32,034 nt of DNA from Actinomycetota bacterium (GCA_025963875.1 JAOPZY010000159.1:1-32034), one strand, 5' to 3'; positions 8,301 through 16,235 are shown, numbered from the stretch's first letter. Notes: generated from the sequence alone by a model not told the origin. Numbers and translations are program-made.

Positions 8301-9893
8301 GACACCGTGCCGCCGAGGCCCACGGGGCTGGATGCAGCCGGTGGTTCGACGACCGTGGCCGTGGCCTTCTCAAAGCCGCTGGTCTGCTCGTCGGTCGCCC
8401 CCACCCACTTCACCGCCAGGTCGGCCGGGCGCAGCTTGGGCGTGACGGCGGTCTCGTGTGACGGCCCGGAGGCCGGTTCACTGCACCTCACCCTGACGAG
8501 TCCCGTCAGGGGCGGTGACCAGGTGGACGTCACCGTCGCCTCGTTCACCGGAGGACCGGTGGACCGGGCGGGGAACAACATCGGCGACCCCCGGACCGTG
8601 AGTGGAACCGCCACCAACGTCGGGCCTCGTGCCGACCTCACCGGCGGGACACCGGACGGCGCCCTGACCTCCAACGCCCAACCAACTGTCCAGGGCTCGG
8701 CGGTCGATCCCGACGGCAACGTCATGTCCGTGGAGGCGAGCGTCGACGGCTCGCCCCTCAGTGGCGACGGCGTCTCCTGCCAGGGCTGCTTCCGGACCGC
8801 CCAGGTGGGCGGCCCGGTCACCTGGACCTGGCGTTCGGTGCTCCGCCTGCCCGACGGCCCCCACACCATCGCCATTCGGGCCGTGGACAACGCCGCCGCC
8901 GACTCCGCCCCCGTCAGCCGGACGGTCACCGTGGACACTGTGGCACCGAAGGCGACCGGTCTCCAGATCGCGGGGGGCTCCTCCTCGGTGACCGCGACGT
9001 TCTCCAAGCCGCTGCTCTGCTCCACCCTCAACCCCGCCGACGTCTCGGTGGTGGAGGGGAACCAGCGGCCGCTGGTCTCGGTTCTGGCCTGCAAGGATCC
9101 GGCCTCCGACACCATCGGGCTCACCCTCGCCACGCCGCCCCGGGGCGGGGAGCAGGTCCAGGTGACCATGGGGACCGCCGCGACCGACCAGGCCGGCAAC
9201 CGGGTGACCGGCGGAGCCGCGGGCGCCACGGCTCCCAACCGTGCCCCGGCCCTCGACGTCACCTCGGGGGCGCCGCTGCTCACGTCCGATCCCCGGCCGT
9301 CGTTCCAGGGCTCCGCCACCGACCTGGACGGCTCGGTCGCACGGGTCGAGGCGAGCCTCGACGGAGGCCCGTTCGGCGCTGCCGGCGTGAACTGCTCGGC
9401 ATGCTCCGGTTCCGGGCCCGGAACCGGAGCTGGAACGGTCGGAATTCCGGTTTCCTGGTCCTACCAGGCGGCGAGACTCGCCGAGGGGCCGCACACGCTC
9501 GTGCTGCGGTCGGTCGACAATGGGGGGGCGACCTCGCCGGAGGTGACCCGCACCGTCGTCGTCGATACCTCCATCCCCGTCGTGAAGGCGGTTATGGCGG
9601 CGGCGGGCTCCAATGTCGTCTCGGTCATTTTCAACAAGCCGGTCATCTGCTCGAGCGTCAACGTCGGCAACTTCTCGGTCACCGTCGACGGGGCGCCGGC
9701 CACCCTCGTCGTCGCCACCTGCCTGGGTGGCAGCGACGCGGTCGTCGACCTGGGGATGAGCCGGGCCCCGAGCCCGGGCCAAGTGGTCAAGGTCTCGATC
9801 GACCGCCCGGTCATGGACGATGCCGGGAACCGCTCCGCCGCCCCGGTCGTCCTCGCGTCGTCGCCCGACCTGACCCCCGCCGACCTGCCCTGA
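5400..9893 (+). CDS. Class A (bifunctional transglycosylase/transpeptidase) penicillin-binding protein with long C-terminal Ig-like repeat region
   Basis: N-terminal TM helix; GT51 motifs EDARYY, GGSTITQQYVK, RKILE, KNEIMNRYLNTVYFG; transpeptidase motifs SAFK (SxxK), SVN (SxN), KTGT; then about 840 aa of repeats. Confidence 0.92.
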   Translation: MYPTESPVSWSYQKDSTWRRLPVPLPGLGPLSGVASFLANLPLLGTILALIVLLLVGAVVLAGVVLFVVLGPISIPKELPSATAKTTTVYAPDGSVITSWHGAINRQPVALDRISKYLPQAVVAEEDARYYSNPGIDVRSAIRAAMADLRSGKVVEGGSTITQQYVKVAFVGNKPSLGRKILEARIALEISRHLSKNEIMNRYLNTVYFGNGAYGAQAAARAYFGKDAADLSISQAAMLAGIIHSPDHDSPLTNPAGAEADRLRVVGRMEALGQISHAEADQVRADKPTLVTPVPDNPHLAWFLDALRAQMIQRYGAKAVYEGGLQIHTTVDAGMQAGAEATLAAALPNPADPYGALVTVDPATGFVKAVVGGRAYGTEKFNIATMGRRQPGSAFKPFVLAAALEHGISPQAYYQGPARLCPKGWIPGCVSNFGGESFGGISVTDATVNSVNTVYAQLILQVGPKAVVDVAKAMGIPAPGGIVPPLVACRPAGSDICQTYLPAVPSLALGSASVTPLEMASAYATFAAGGVYRAPKLASQVVDATGKVLDDGPSPPVQAIPSAVADQVTQILQQVITRGTGTAAAIGQPAAGKTGTATDYRNAWFVGYTPALATATWVGYRDTNQSLLNVEGVAQMTGGTIPAKIWSNYMKGAVDTSPPVTSVTSGPADGTATNQKTPSFGGAASDDDGSVTSVEASVDGGPFATAGVSCAGCPAAKVTWSYVAPTALADGSHTFAFRSIDTGQHDSPLVTRTVTVDTVPPVPAGVQATGGGTTLTLAFSKPLLCSSLSPASFSVRLGDRSGVVTGVSCPGTASPSVVVTLSSPPRGGDQVAVTVVNLRAGPTDQAGNQVADPRTVTATASNVAPVAGITGGMPDATLTSNAQPGYQGTTQDPDGNVTSVVASVDGGPFSDAGISCQGCFNGAPVGGPASWSWRAPQRLVDGTHTIAVRAVDNAAAVSPAVTRTVTVDTVPPRPTGLDAAGGSTTVAVAFSKPLVCSSVAPTHFTARSAGRSLGVTAVSCDGPEAGSLHLTLTSPVRGGDQVDVTVASFTGGPVDRAGNNIGDPRTVSGTATNVGPRADLTGGTPDGALTSNAQPTVQGSAVDPDGNVMSVEASVDGSPLSGDGVSCQGCFRTAQVGGPVTWTWRSVLRLPDGPHTIAIRAVDNAAADSAPVSRTVTVDTVAPKATGLQIAGGSSSVTATFSKPLLCSTLNPADVSVVEGNQRPLVSVLACKDPASDTIGLTLATPPRGGEQVQVTMGTAATDQAGNRVTGGAAGATAPNRAPALDVTSGAPLLTSDPRPSFQGSATDLDGSVARVEASLDGGPFGAAGVNCSACSGSGPGTGAGTVGIPVSWSYQAARLAEGPHTLVLRSVDNGGATSPEVTRTVVVDTSIPVVKAVMAAAGSNVVSVIFNKPVICSSVNVGNFSVTVDGAPATLVVATCLGGSDAVVDLGMSRAPSPGQVVKVSIDRPVMDDAGNRSAAPVVLASSPDLTPADLP
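7362..9890 (+). repeat. Four tandem intragenic repeats of about 207-211 aa (each two beta-rich Ig-like modules)
   Basis: Units start near 7362, 7983, 8616, 9237 (spacing 621/633/621 nt). Conserved DxDGxVxxVxASxDGxP, CxxC, LxxGxHTxxxRxxD, VDTxxP, FxKPxxCS, DxAGN. Confidence 0.9.
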
Positions 9894-9900
9894 AGCTCAG

Positions 9901-9957
9901 CTAGACTTCCTTGAGCATTTCACCGCGTAGAGCGCGGTCAGATGCTCAAAGAATTTC
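9901..9957. repeat. 57-bp palindromic REP-like element, copy A
   Basis: TTCCTTGAGCA-N7-GCG-TAGAG-CGC-N7-TGCTCAAAGAA (arms 9907-9917 and 9943-9953); same geometry as the element at 16236-16292. Confidence 0.75.
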
Positions 9958-9972
9958 CTGAGACCGTTCCCC

Positions 9973-10371
9973 ATGAGCCCACCCTTCGAGCAGCTCGACT
10001 TCCTCTACACGCCGAGCGGCGACGTCGCTGCCGACGCCCGCTGGTTCACCGAGGTACTCGGCGGCCGGCTGGTCTTTGCCATCGAGGCGATGGGGGCGCG
10101 CGTGGCCATGGTGGAGCTCACCGACGGGCCGCCGCACTTCCTGCTGACCGACCACCTGGAGGGCGACTTGCCGGTGTTCGTCTACCGGGTGGCCAGCATC
10201 GAGGCGACGCTGGCCGGCTTGGAGGAGCGGGGCTGGGAACGGGTGGCCAGCTTCGAGATCCCGCAGGGTCCGTGTTGCTCGTTCCGGGGGCCGGGTGGCC
10301 ACCGAATCGCCGTCTACGAGGAAGTGAGGCCCGGCGTGGCGGACCATTTCGCAGGCCGTTTTGACTTTTGA
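9973..10371 (+). CDS. VOC/glyoxalase superfamily protein (single domain)
   Basis: LDFLYTPSGDVAADARWFTEVLGG, VYRVASIEAT, EIPQGPCCSFRGPGGHRIAVYE. Confidence 0.85.
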   Translation: MSPPFEQLDFLYTPSGDVAADARWFTEVLGGRLVFAIEAMGARVAMVELTDGPPHFLLTDHLEGDLPVFVYRVASIEATLAGLEERGWERVASFEIPQGPCCSFRGPGGHRIAVYEEVRPGVADHFAGRFDF

Positions 10372-10472
10372 GCCGTGCTGCCGTCCGCCATGCCATGCCC
10401 ATGGGAATGTTTAGAAGGCTACAGATGGGTTAGGTAGGACCGGCAAGAACCCGACCGTCGAGGGGGAGGACA

Positions 10473-10823
10473 TTGCCCGAGACCGACCGAGCCATCATGC
10501 TGGGCATCCGCCATCGCTGCGGGCAGGAGGTCCAGTTCTGGATCCCCGCAGAGCTGGTCGTCGCCATCGCCCGCCGCCTGGACGAGAGCACGCAGGCCCT
10601 CGGGCTCGCCCAGTGGATGGAGGGCGAGGGTCTCCTCGCAGACCTGGACGAGGCGCCGGCGGAGGTCCTCGTCGACCGGCTGCGCGCGGAGCTGGCTCCC
10701 AGGGGCATCGCCTTCATCGACGTCGACCGGGACGCCTCCGTGTGCCCCACGTGTGGAGCGCTGCTGCGCTGGCTCGACATCCTGGCCGACTATGCCCACC
10801 GTGCCGCCGGGGGAGCCGCTTAG
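10473..10823 (+). CDS. Hypothetical protein with split Zn-ribbon-like motifs
   Basis: High-GC3 codon usage; HRCG near the N-terminus and CPTCG near the C-terminus. Start TTG 10473 or ATG 10497. Confidence 0.65.
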   Translation: MPETDRAIMLGIRHRCGQEVQFWIPAELVVAIARRLDESTQALGLAQWMEGEGLLADLDEAPAEVLVDRLRAELAPRGIAFIDVDRDASVCPTCGALLRWLDILADYAHRAAGGAA

Positions 10824-11010
10824 CCTCCATGTGTCTGAAGGGGGGCGAGTCGCGGTGTGCCCCCCTGCATAGGTCCTTCCCCCCTGACCCAGGCCGGGAG
10901 CCCCCGCCTCGGGCACACCGCTCTCGCTGAGAGTGAGAGTTCCTCACGAGCCAGAAGATACGCGGATGCGTAGGGAAATCCCCGAAGCGGCGCTGGTAAG
11001 GTGGGAGACC

Positions 11011-12132
11011 GTGTCGGCCGATTCTCTGCTGTCCGCCTCTGAGCTCGTCCCTGCGGGGCGGGGCGGCCCGCGCAGCGAGCGATTCCTCGCCGCCTGTGCC
11101 CGGCGCCCGGTCGACGCGACGCCGGTGTGGATGATGCGCCAGGCCGGCCGGTCGCTGCCCGCCTACCGGGAGCTGCGGCAGCGCTTCGGCCTGGTCGAGA
11201 TCACCCGGCAGCCGGACCTGTGCGCCGAGGTCACCCTCATGCCCATCCGGGTGCTGGACGTGGACGCAGCGATCATGTTCGCCGACATCATGCTGCCGCT
11301 CGCCGGCCTCGGCGTGCGCTTCGAGCTCGTCGAGGACCTCGGCCCCGTGGTGGCGGAACCCATCCGCTCCGCAGCCCAGGTCGATGCCATGACCACCCCG
11401 TCGGCTGCCGAGTCGGTACCGACGGTGCTGGAGGCCATCAGGATCATCCGCCGCGAGCTCGAGGGAGTCGTGCCGCTGATCGGCTTCTCCGGCGCCCCCT
11501 TCACGCTGGCGAGCTACCTGATCGAGGGCCGGCCGAGCCGGGACTTCTCCCGCACGAAGGCCCTGATGTTCACCGACCCCGGCACGTGGCACAAGCTCAT
11601 GGAGCGCCTCACCGCCATGGTCGTCGACTACCTTTCCGAGCAGGTCGCCGCCGGCATCCAGGCCCTGCAGCTCTTCGATTCCTGGGTCGGCGCCCTCGCT
11701 CCTCGCGACTACGCCGAGTTTGTGGCACCCCACACCGCGGCCATCTTCGACGCGACGGCGGGCTTCGGGGTGCCTCGCATCCATTTCGGCACCAACACGG
11801 CCACGCTCCTCGAGGCGATGGCCACGCCCGGCGCCGAGGCGACCCGCCCGGACGTGGTCGGGGTGGACTGGCGGATCCCCCTGGACCTCGCGTGGGAGCG
11901 GATCGGCACCGACCGGGCGGTTCAGGGCAACCTCGAGCCTGCCACGCTGCTGGCGCCACCGGCGACGGTCGTCGAGCGAACCGAGGCGGTGCTGCGGGCA
12001 GCGGGAGGCCGCCCGGGCCACATCTTCAACCTCGGGCACGGGGTCCTGCCCGACTCCCCGCTCGACAACCTGCAGCTGATGGTGGACACCGTGCACGCGT
12101 TCCGCGCATCGGACGAAGGCGGCGGCCAGTGA
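11011..12132 (+). CDS. hemE: Uroporphyrinogen decarboxylase
   Basis: TPVWMMRQAGRSLPAYR, DAAIMFADI, LIGFSGAPFTLASYLIEG, QLFDSW, QGNLEP, HIFNLGHG. Start estimated at GTG 11011 (ORF track extends to 10933). Confidence 0.96.
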   Translation: MSADSLLSASELVPAGRGGPRSERFLAACARRPVDATPVWMMRQAGRSLPAYRELRQRFGLVEITRQPDLCAEVTLMPIRVLDVDAAIMFADIMLPLAGLGVRFELVEDLGPVVAEPIRSAAQVDAMTTPSAAESVPTVLEAIRIIRRELEGVVPLIGFSGAPFTLASYLIEGRPSRDFSRTKALMFTDPGTWHKLMERLTAMVVDYLSEQVAAGIQALQLFDSWVGALAPRDYAEFVAPHTAAIFDATAGFGVPRIHFGTNTATLLEAMATPGAEATRPDVVGVDWRIPLDLAWERIGTDRAVQGNLEPATLLAPPATVVERTEAVLRAAGGRPGHIFNLGHGVLPDSPLDNLQLMVDTVHAFRASDEGGGQ

Positions 12133-13049
12133 CCACGGCGGTGCTGTGCATGGCCTACGGGGGCCCCAACTCCCTGGAGGAGGTGGAGGACTACTACACC
12201 GACATCCGGGGCGGCCGCCGGCCGTCGGCGGAGTCGCTGGCAGACCTCATGAGCCGCTACGAGGCCATCGGGGGCCTGTCGCCGCTGCCAGACATCACCC
12301 GCCGCCAGGCAGCGGCCCTGGGAGAGGTCCTGGAGGCGGCGTCGCCGGGGAGGTATCGAACGCACGTCGGGATGAAGCACTGGCACCCGTTCGTCGGTGA
12401 GGCCGTCCAGGACATCGCCGCCGAGGGGGCCGACGAGGTGATCGGGCTCGTGCTGGCCCCCCACTACTCGAAGATGAGCATCGGGGGCTACGAGCAGCGG
12501 CTCCGGGCGGCCAAGGCCGCCACGGGGGCCACCTTCTCCGTGGAGATGGTCCCGTACTGGTACGACGACGAAGGCTTCGTCGCCTTCGCCGCCGAGAACC
12601 TCCGCGCCGCGCTGGGGGACTGGGATCCGGCGGACTCGGCCACGAGGGTCTTCTTCTCCGCCCACAGCCTGCCGGAACGCATCCTGGCCGAGGGGGACCC
12701 CTACAAGGACCAGCTCCTCGACTCCTCCCGGCTGATCGCCGAGGCCGCGGGCGTGCCGGACTGGGAGTTCGCCTTCCAGAGCCAGAGCCATACCGGCGAG
12801 CCGTGGCTCGGTCCCGACGTGCTGACCAGCCTGGACGCCTTCGCCGCGGCGGGCGGCAAGCGGGCGGTCGTCTCGCCGATCGGCTTCGTCGCCGACCACC
12901 TGGAAGTGCTGTTCGACCTGGACATCGAGGCCGCGGAGCAGGCCACAAAGCTCGGCGTCGACCTTCGGCGCACCACGTCGCCCAACGACGATCCCCGCTT
13001 CATCCAGGTCCTCGCCGGCGTCGTGCAGAAGCGAGGCGGCGGGGCCTGA
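12129..13049 (+). CDS. hemH: Ferrochelatase (Gram-positive / coproporphyrin type likely)
   Basis: MAYGGP, RYEAIGGLSPL, GMKHWHPFV, LAPHYS, FSAHSLP, WLGPDV, GFVADHLEVLFDLD; GTG start overlaps the hemE stop. Confidence 0.95.
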   Translation: MTTAVLCMAYGGPNSLEEVEDYYTDIRGGRRPSAESLADLMSRYEAIGGLSPLPDITRRQAAALGEVLEAASPGRYRTHVGMKHWHPFVGEAVQDIAAEGADEVIGLVLAPHYSKMSIGGYEQRLRAAKAATGATFSVEMVPYWYDDEGFVAFAAENLRAALGDWDPADSATRVFFSAHSLPERILAEGDPYKDQLLDSSRLIAEAAGVPDWEFAFQSQSHTGEPWLGPDVLTSLDAFAAAGGKRAVVSPIGFVADHLEVLFDLDIEAAEQATKLGVDLRRTTSPNDDPRFIQVLAGVVQKRGGGA

Positions 13050-13051
13050 AC

Positions 13052-13067
13052 CCCCGGTCTCCCGGGG
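13052..13067 (+). terminator. Short GC hairpin after hemH
   Basis: CCCCGG-TCTC-CCGGGG just after the stop codon; no U-tract. Confidence 0.3.
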
Positions 13068-13102
13068 AGCTATCTTGGGGGTCGGGTGGCATCGCCGGAA
13101 GG

Positions 13103-14368
13103 ATGATCGTGGGGGAGCTCGAAGACTTCGTTCGTGAGGAGTACCGGCGCCGGGAGCAGATCGTCAGTTCCCACTTCGCCACCGAGGCTCCCCGTCTCGC
13201 CCGGGCGTGCCATGCCATGGCCGAGCGGTTCGCCCGCGGGGGTCGCATCCTGGCCTTCGGCATGGGGCCGGCCGCCACCGACGCCTCCCATATCTCCGTG
13301 GAGTTCGTCCACCCGGTCATCGTCGGCAAGCGGGCCCTGCCGGCGATCGCCCTGCCGAACGACGGGCCCACCGCCCTGGGCCTGGCCGCGGAGGACGGGG
13401 CCTCGGTGTTCGCCCGGCAGATCGAGGCCATCGGCGAGCCCGACGACATCGCCATCGGGCTGTCGCTGTCGCCCGACGACCCCTCCGAGCCGGCCGTCGC
13501 GGCGGGCATCAAGCAGGCCGCCGCCAAAGGCATGCAGACGATTGCGCTCACCGGGCCGAGCTCCCATGCCAGGACCTGGGAGGCCGACTGGCTGTTCACC
13601 TGCGAGGACGGGGACCCCTTCGTCGTCCAGGAGGTCCACGAAACGGGCTACCACGTGCTGTGGGAACTGGTGCACGTCTTCTTCGAGCACAAAGGTCTGC
13701 TGAAGGGCAGGACCGCGGGTCACGTCCAGGACTCCGGGGCGTCGGGGTTCCTCTACCCCTTCCTCGCCGAGGCGGAGACCAATCTCGACGAGGTCCTCGC
13801 CGAGATCCAGGGCTCGATCCTCCAGAAGGCGCAGGACGTCATCGACATCCGGGCAGCCGGGGCCAGGGCCGACCCCGGCAACCTGACCGCCGCCGCCAGG
13901 GTGCTCGGGGAGCGCTTCGCCCAGGGCGCCAAGGTCCTCGCATTCGGCAACGGCGGCTCGGCCACCGACGCCCAGGACTTCGTCACCGACCTGATGGCGC
14001 CCCCGCGGGGCCTGCGCCCACGGCCGGCCCTGTCGCTGACCAACGAGGAGGCGGTGATCACCGCGGTCGGCAACGACGTCGGCTTCGACAACGTCTACGC
14101 CCGCCAGGTCATCGCCTTCGGCAAGCCGGGCGACGTCGCGTTCGCCATCTCCACGTCGGGCGGTTCGCGCAATGTGCTCGCCGCCCTGGAGGAGGCCCGC
14201 CGCCGCAAGCTCGTCTGCTTCGGCCTCGCCGGCTACGGCGGGGGGCCGATGGTGACCAGGGGCCTGGTCGACCACTCGATCACCATCGACTTCGAGTACA
14301 TCCCCCGCATCCAGGAGGCTCAGGCCAGCCAGTACCACATCCTCCGGCGACTGGTCGAAATGGTCTAA
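13103..14368 (+). CDS. Tandem SIS-domain (GmhA / phosphoheptose isomerase-like) protein
   Basis: Domain 1: GGRILAFGMG..ATDASHISVEFVHPVIVGKRALPAIAL..HVLWELVHVFFE. Domain 2: FLYPFL..KVLAFGNGGSATDAQD..ITAVGNDVGF..ISTSGGSRNV..PRIQE. ATG 13103 preceded by GGAAGG. Confidence 0.88.
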   Translation: MIVGELEDFVREEYRRREQIVSSHFATEAPRLARACHAMAERFARGGRILAFGMGPAATDASHISVEFVHPVIVGKRALPAIALPNDGPTALGLAAEDGASVFARQIEAIGEPDDIAIGLSLSPDDPSEPAVAAGIKQAAAKGMQTIALTGPSSHARTWEADWLFTCEDGDPFVVQEVHETGYHVLWELVHVFFEHKGLLKGRTAGHVQDSGASGFLYPFLAEAETNLDEVLAEIQGSILQKAQDVIDIRAAGARADPGNLTAAARVLGERFAQGAKVLAFGNGGSATDAQDFVTDLMAPPRGLRPRPALSLTNEEAVITAVGNDVGFDNVYARQVIAFGKPGDVAFAISTSGGSRNVLAALEEARRRKLVCFGLAGYGGGPMVTRGLVDHSITIDFEYIPRIQEAQASQYHILRRLVEMV

Positions 14369-14372
14369 TTGG

Positions 14373-15149
14373 TCAGGATGTCGGCGGCTGGATCAGCTTG
14401 AAGTGTGCCCCGGTGGGATCGGCGGCCTCGGCCATGCGTCCGTACGGGGTGTCCTCGGCCGGCCGGACGATTGAGCCACCGAGTTCGACGATCTTCGCCA
14501 GGACAGCGTCGGCGTCCTCGACCCCGAAGTAGATGGACCACTTGGCCGGGGCACCCTCGGGCAGGAAGCCGGAGGCGTCCATGATGCCGGCGGCCTGGCC
14601 CTCGCCTTCGCCGAGCGTCGTGTAGCGGAACTCGGGGGTGTCGGCGGCGGCGTGGGTGTCCCATTTGAAGACCTGCCGGTAGAATTCGACGGATTCGTCG
14701 TAGTTGCGGGTGAACAGCTCTAACCAGCTCGGGGCGCCGGGCTCTGCCAGGACCCCGAATCCCTTGTGAAGTCCGGGCTGCCAGACACCGATCGCGGCCC
14801 CACCGGGATCGGCAACGAGGGCCATGCTGCCCAGCTGCATGACCTCCATGGCAGGCATGATGACCTGTCCGCCGTTGGCAGCCGTCGCCTCGGCCGTCTT
14901 CTCGGCGTCGTCGGAGGCGAGGTAGACGGTCCAGACGTCGGGCATCCCGGCCTGCCCGTCGTTGCGCATGCAACCGCTGACGTAGACGCCGTCCTTCCGG
15001 AAGTTGACGTAGCCGCCGTACTCTTCGCCCGTCTCTTCGGACGTCCAGCCGAACAGCCCGCCGTAGAACGCCCGGCTCTTGTCCGGATCGGACGTGAACA
15101 CCTCGATCCAGCAGGGGGCCCCGATGGGGGCTTCTTCACGCTGAGGCAC
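14373..15149 (-). CDS. Two-domain VOC/glyoxalase protein (Rv0911/Cfp32-like)
   Basis: GAPCWIEVFTSDPDKSRAFYGGLFGW and second repeat GAPSWLEL..EFYRQVFKW..DTPYGRMAEAADPTGAHF; GTG 15149 preceded by AAAGGAG. Confidence 0.92.
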   Translation of the reverse strand: MPQREEAPIGAPCWIEVFTSDPDKSRAFYGGLFGWTSEETGEEYGGYVNFRKDGVYVSGCMRNDGQAGMPDVWTVYLASDDAEKTAEATAANGGQVIMPAMEVMQLGSMALVADPGGAAIGVWQPGLHKGFGVLAEPGAPSWLELFTRNYDESVEFYRQVFKWDTHAAADTPEFRYTTLGEGEGQAAGIMDASGFLPEGAPAKWSIYFGVEDADAVLAKIVELGGSIVRPAEDTPYGRMAEAADPTGAHFKLIQPPTS

Positions 15150-15184
15150 GGGAGGCTCCTTTCGAATGGGAAACGCTGACATCC

Positions 15185-15215
15185 GTTAGATGCTCCGGCG
15201 GCCCGGAACTCATCG
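15185..15215 (-). promoter_or_regulatory. Putative SigG/ECF56-type promoter for the VOC gene
   Basis: Minus strand CGATGA-N18-ATCTAAC; resembles the recalled mycobacterial SigG consensus CGATGA-N18-GTCNNTA (-35 exact, -10 partial). Confidence 0.6.
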
Positions 15216-15232
15216 GTCGGGTGCGGGGAATT

Positions 15233-16210
15233 TCACGCCTCGATACGGTCCGGGAGGCCGAACTCGGCGAAGAGTTCCGGGAAGAGGAAGTTGTGGTGGC
15301 CCACGATCCTGCCCCCCGCCACCTCGATCACCTGGACGGCCCACGGCTCCCAGAGGCCGGGCCGGACCAGGTGGTAGTTGCCGTACCCGGCGGTGCCGTT
15401 GACGTTGATCGGCAGAAGGCGGCCGTGCTCGCAGACGATCCCAGTGCCCAGGAACCAGTCCGCCAGCTCCTGGGGCCCCCGCAGCCAGACGTCCCAGGGC
15501 GGCATCGACAGGACGACGTCGTCGCGCAGCAGGCCAACGAGGGCAGGGATGTCGTAGCGCTCGAAGGCGTCGACGTAGCGGGCCAGCAGCGCCCGGTGGT
15601 CGGGATCGAGCGTGGGATCGAGGGCCTCCCCCTGCATCCCCGCCAGGGTCGCCCGGGCCCGCTGCAGCGCGCTATTCACGGAGGCCACGGTCGTTTCGAG
15701 CAGCTCGGCCACCTCGGTGGCCTGCCACTGCAGCACCTCACGGAGGATCAGCACGGAGCGCTGCCGGGCCGGGAGGTGCTGCAACGCCGCGACGAAGGCG
15801 AGCCGGATCGATTCCCGGGCCGCGGCGACGTCGGCGGGGTCACCGTCGACGTCGATGACGCGCTCGTCGGCGATGGGTTGGACGAACATGTGCTCGGGCA
15901 GCTGGTCGCCGAGGACGACCTCCGCGGTGGCGGTCGATGGACCCATCTCCATCGGGCGTGCCCGCCGCTGGGGGCTGCGGAGCATGTCGATGCAGATGTT
16001 GTTGGCGATGCTGTACAGCCACGTCCTGAGCGACGAGCGACCTTCGAACCGGTCGATCGAGGCCCACGCCCGCACCATCGTCTCCTGCACGGCGTCCTCG
16101 GCCTCGGACCCCGCCCCCATCATCCGGTAGCAGTAGCCGGTGAGCTCCCGGCGGTGAGACTCCAGGGCGCGTTCGAGATCGGTACCGGCCATGGACAGAG
16201 AGGAGGACAT
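15233..16210 (-). CDS. sigG: ECF sigma-70 factor with C-terminal SnoaL-like domain (SigG / ECF56-like)
   Basis: HRRELTGYCYRMMG..AEDAVQETMVRAW..FEGRSSLRTWLYSIA, RESIRLAFVAALQHLPARQR, SVNSALQRARATL, C-terminal LLARYVDAFERYDI..DDVVLSMPP. Perfect minus-strand TATAAT at 16219-16224, 8 nt before the ATG. Confidence 0.88.
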   Translation of the reverse strand: MSSSLSMAGTDLERALESHRRELTGYCYRMMGAGSEAEDAVQETMVRAWASIDRFEGRSSLRTWLYSIANNICIDMLRSPQRRARPMEMGPSTATAEVVLGDQLPEHMFVQPIADERVIDVDGDPADVAAARESIRLAFVAALQHLPARQRSVLILREVLQWQATEVAELLETTVASVNSALQRARATLAGMQGEALDPTLDPDHRALLARYVDAFERYDIPALVGLLRDDVVLSMPPWDVWLRGPQELADWFLGTGIVCEHGRLLPINVNGTAGYGNYHLVRPGLWEPWAVQVIEVAGGRIVGHHNFLFPELFAEFGLPDRIEA

Positions 16211-16235
16211 CGAACCCGATTATATGACCGCCCTC

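Noticed and set aside
6132..9782. Long antisense ORFs (699, 462, 434 aa) opposite the PBP, and similar ones opposite tkt, pnt, cbbL and cbbX
   Set aside because: Typical shadow ORFs of high-GC3 genes; no recognisable motifs.
7362..9890. Repeated DNA segments as a possible CRISPR array or mobile repeat
   Set aside because: They are in-frame, degenerate protein repeats with about 620-630-nt period; no identical short repeats with unique spacers and no cas genes.
10421..10435. ACAGATGGGT(T)AGGT shared with 28201-28214
   Set aside because: Short match, different contexts, no symmetry or further similarity; likely chance.
10845..10927. SRP RNA or tRNA in the hemE upstream stem-loop
   Set aside because: The minus strand has a GGTCAGG..GGAAGG-like stretch but lacks the following AGCAG of the SRP helix-8 motif, and no cloverleaf or T-loop is present.
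11127..13049. 640-aa ORF suggesting a HemE-HemH fusion
   Set aside because: HemE is in a different frame and stops at 12132; HemH starts at the overlapping GTG 12129.
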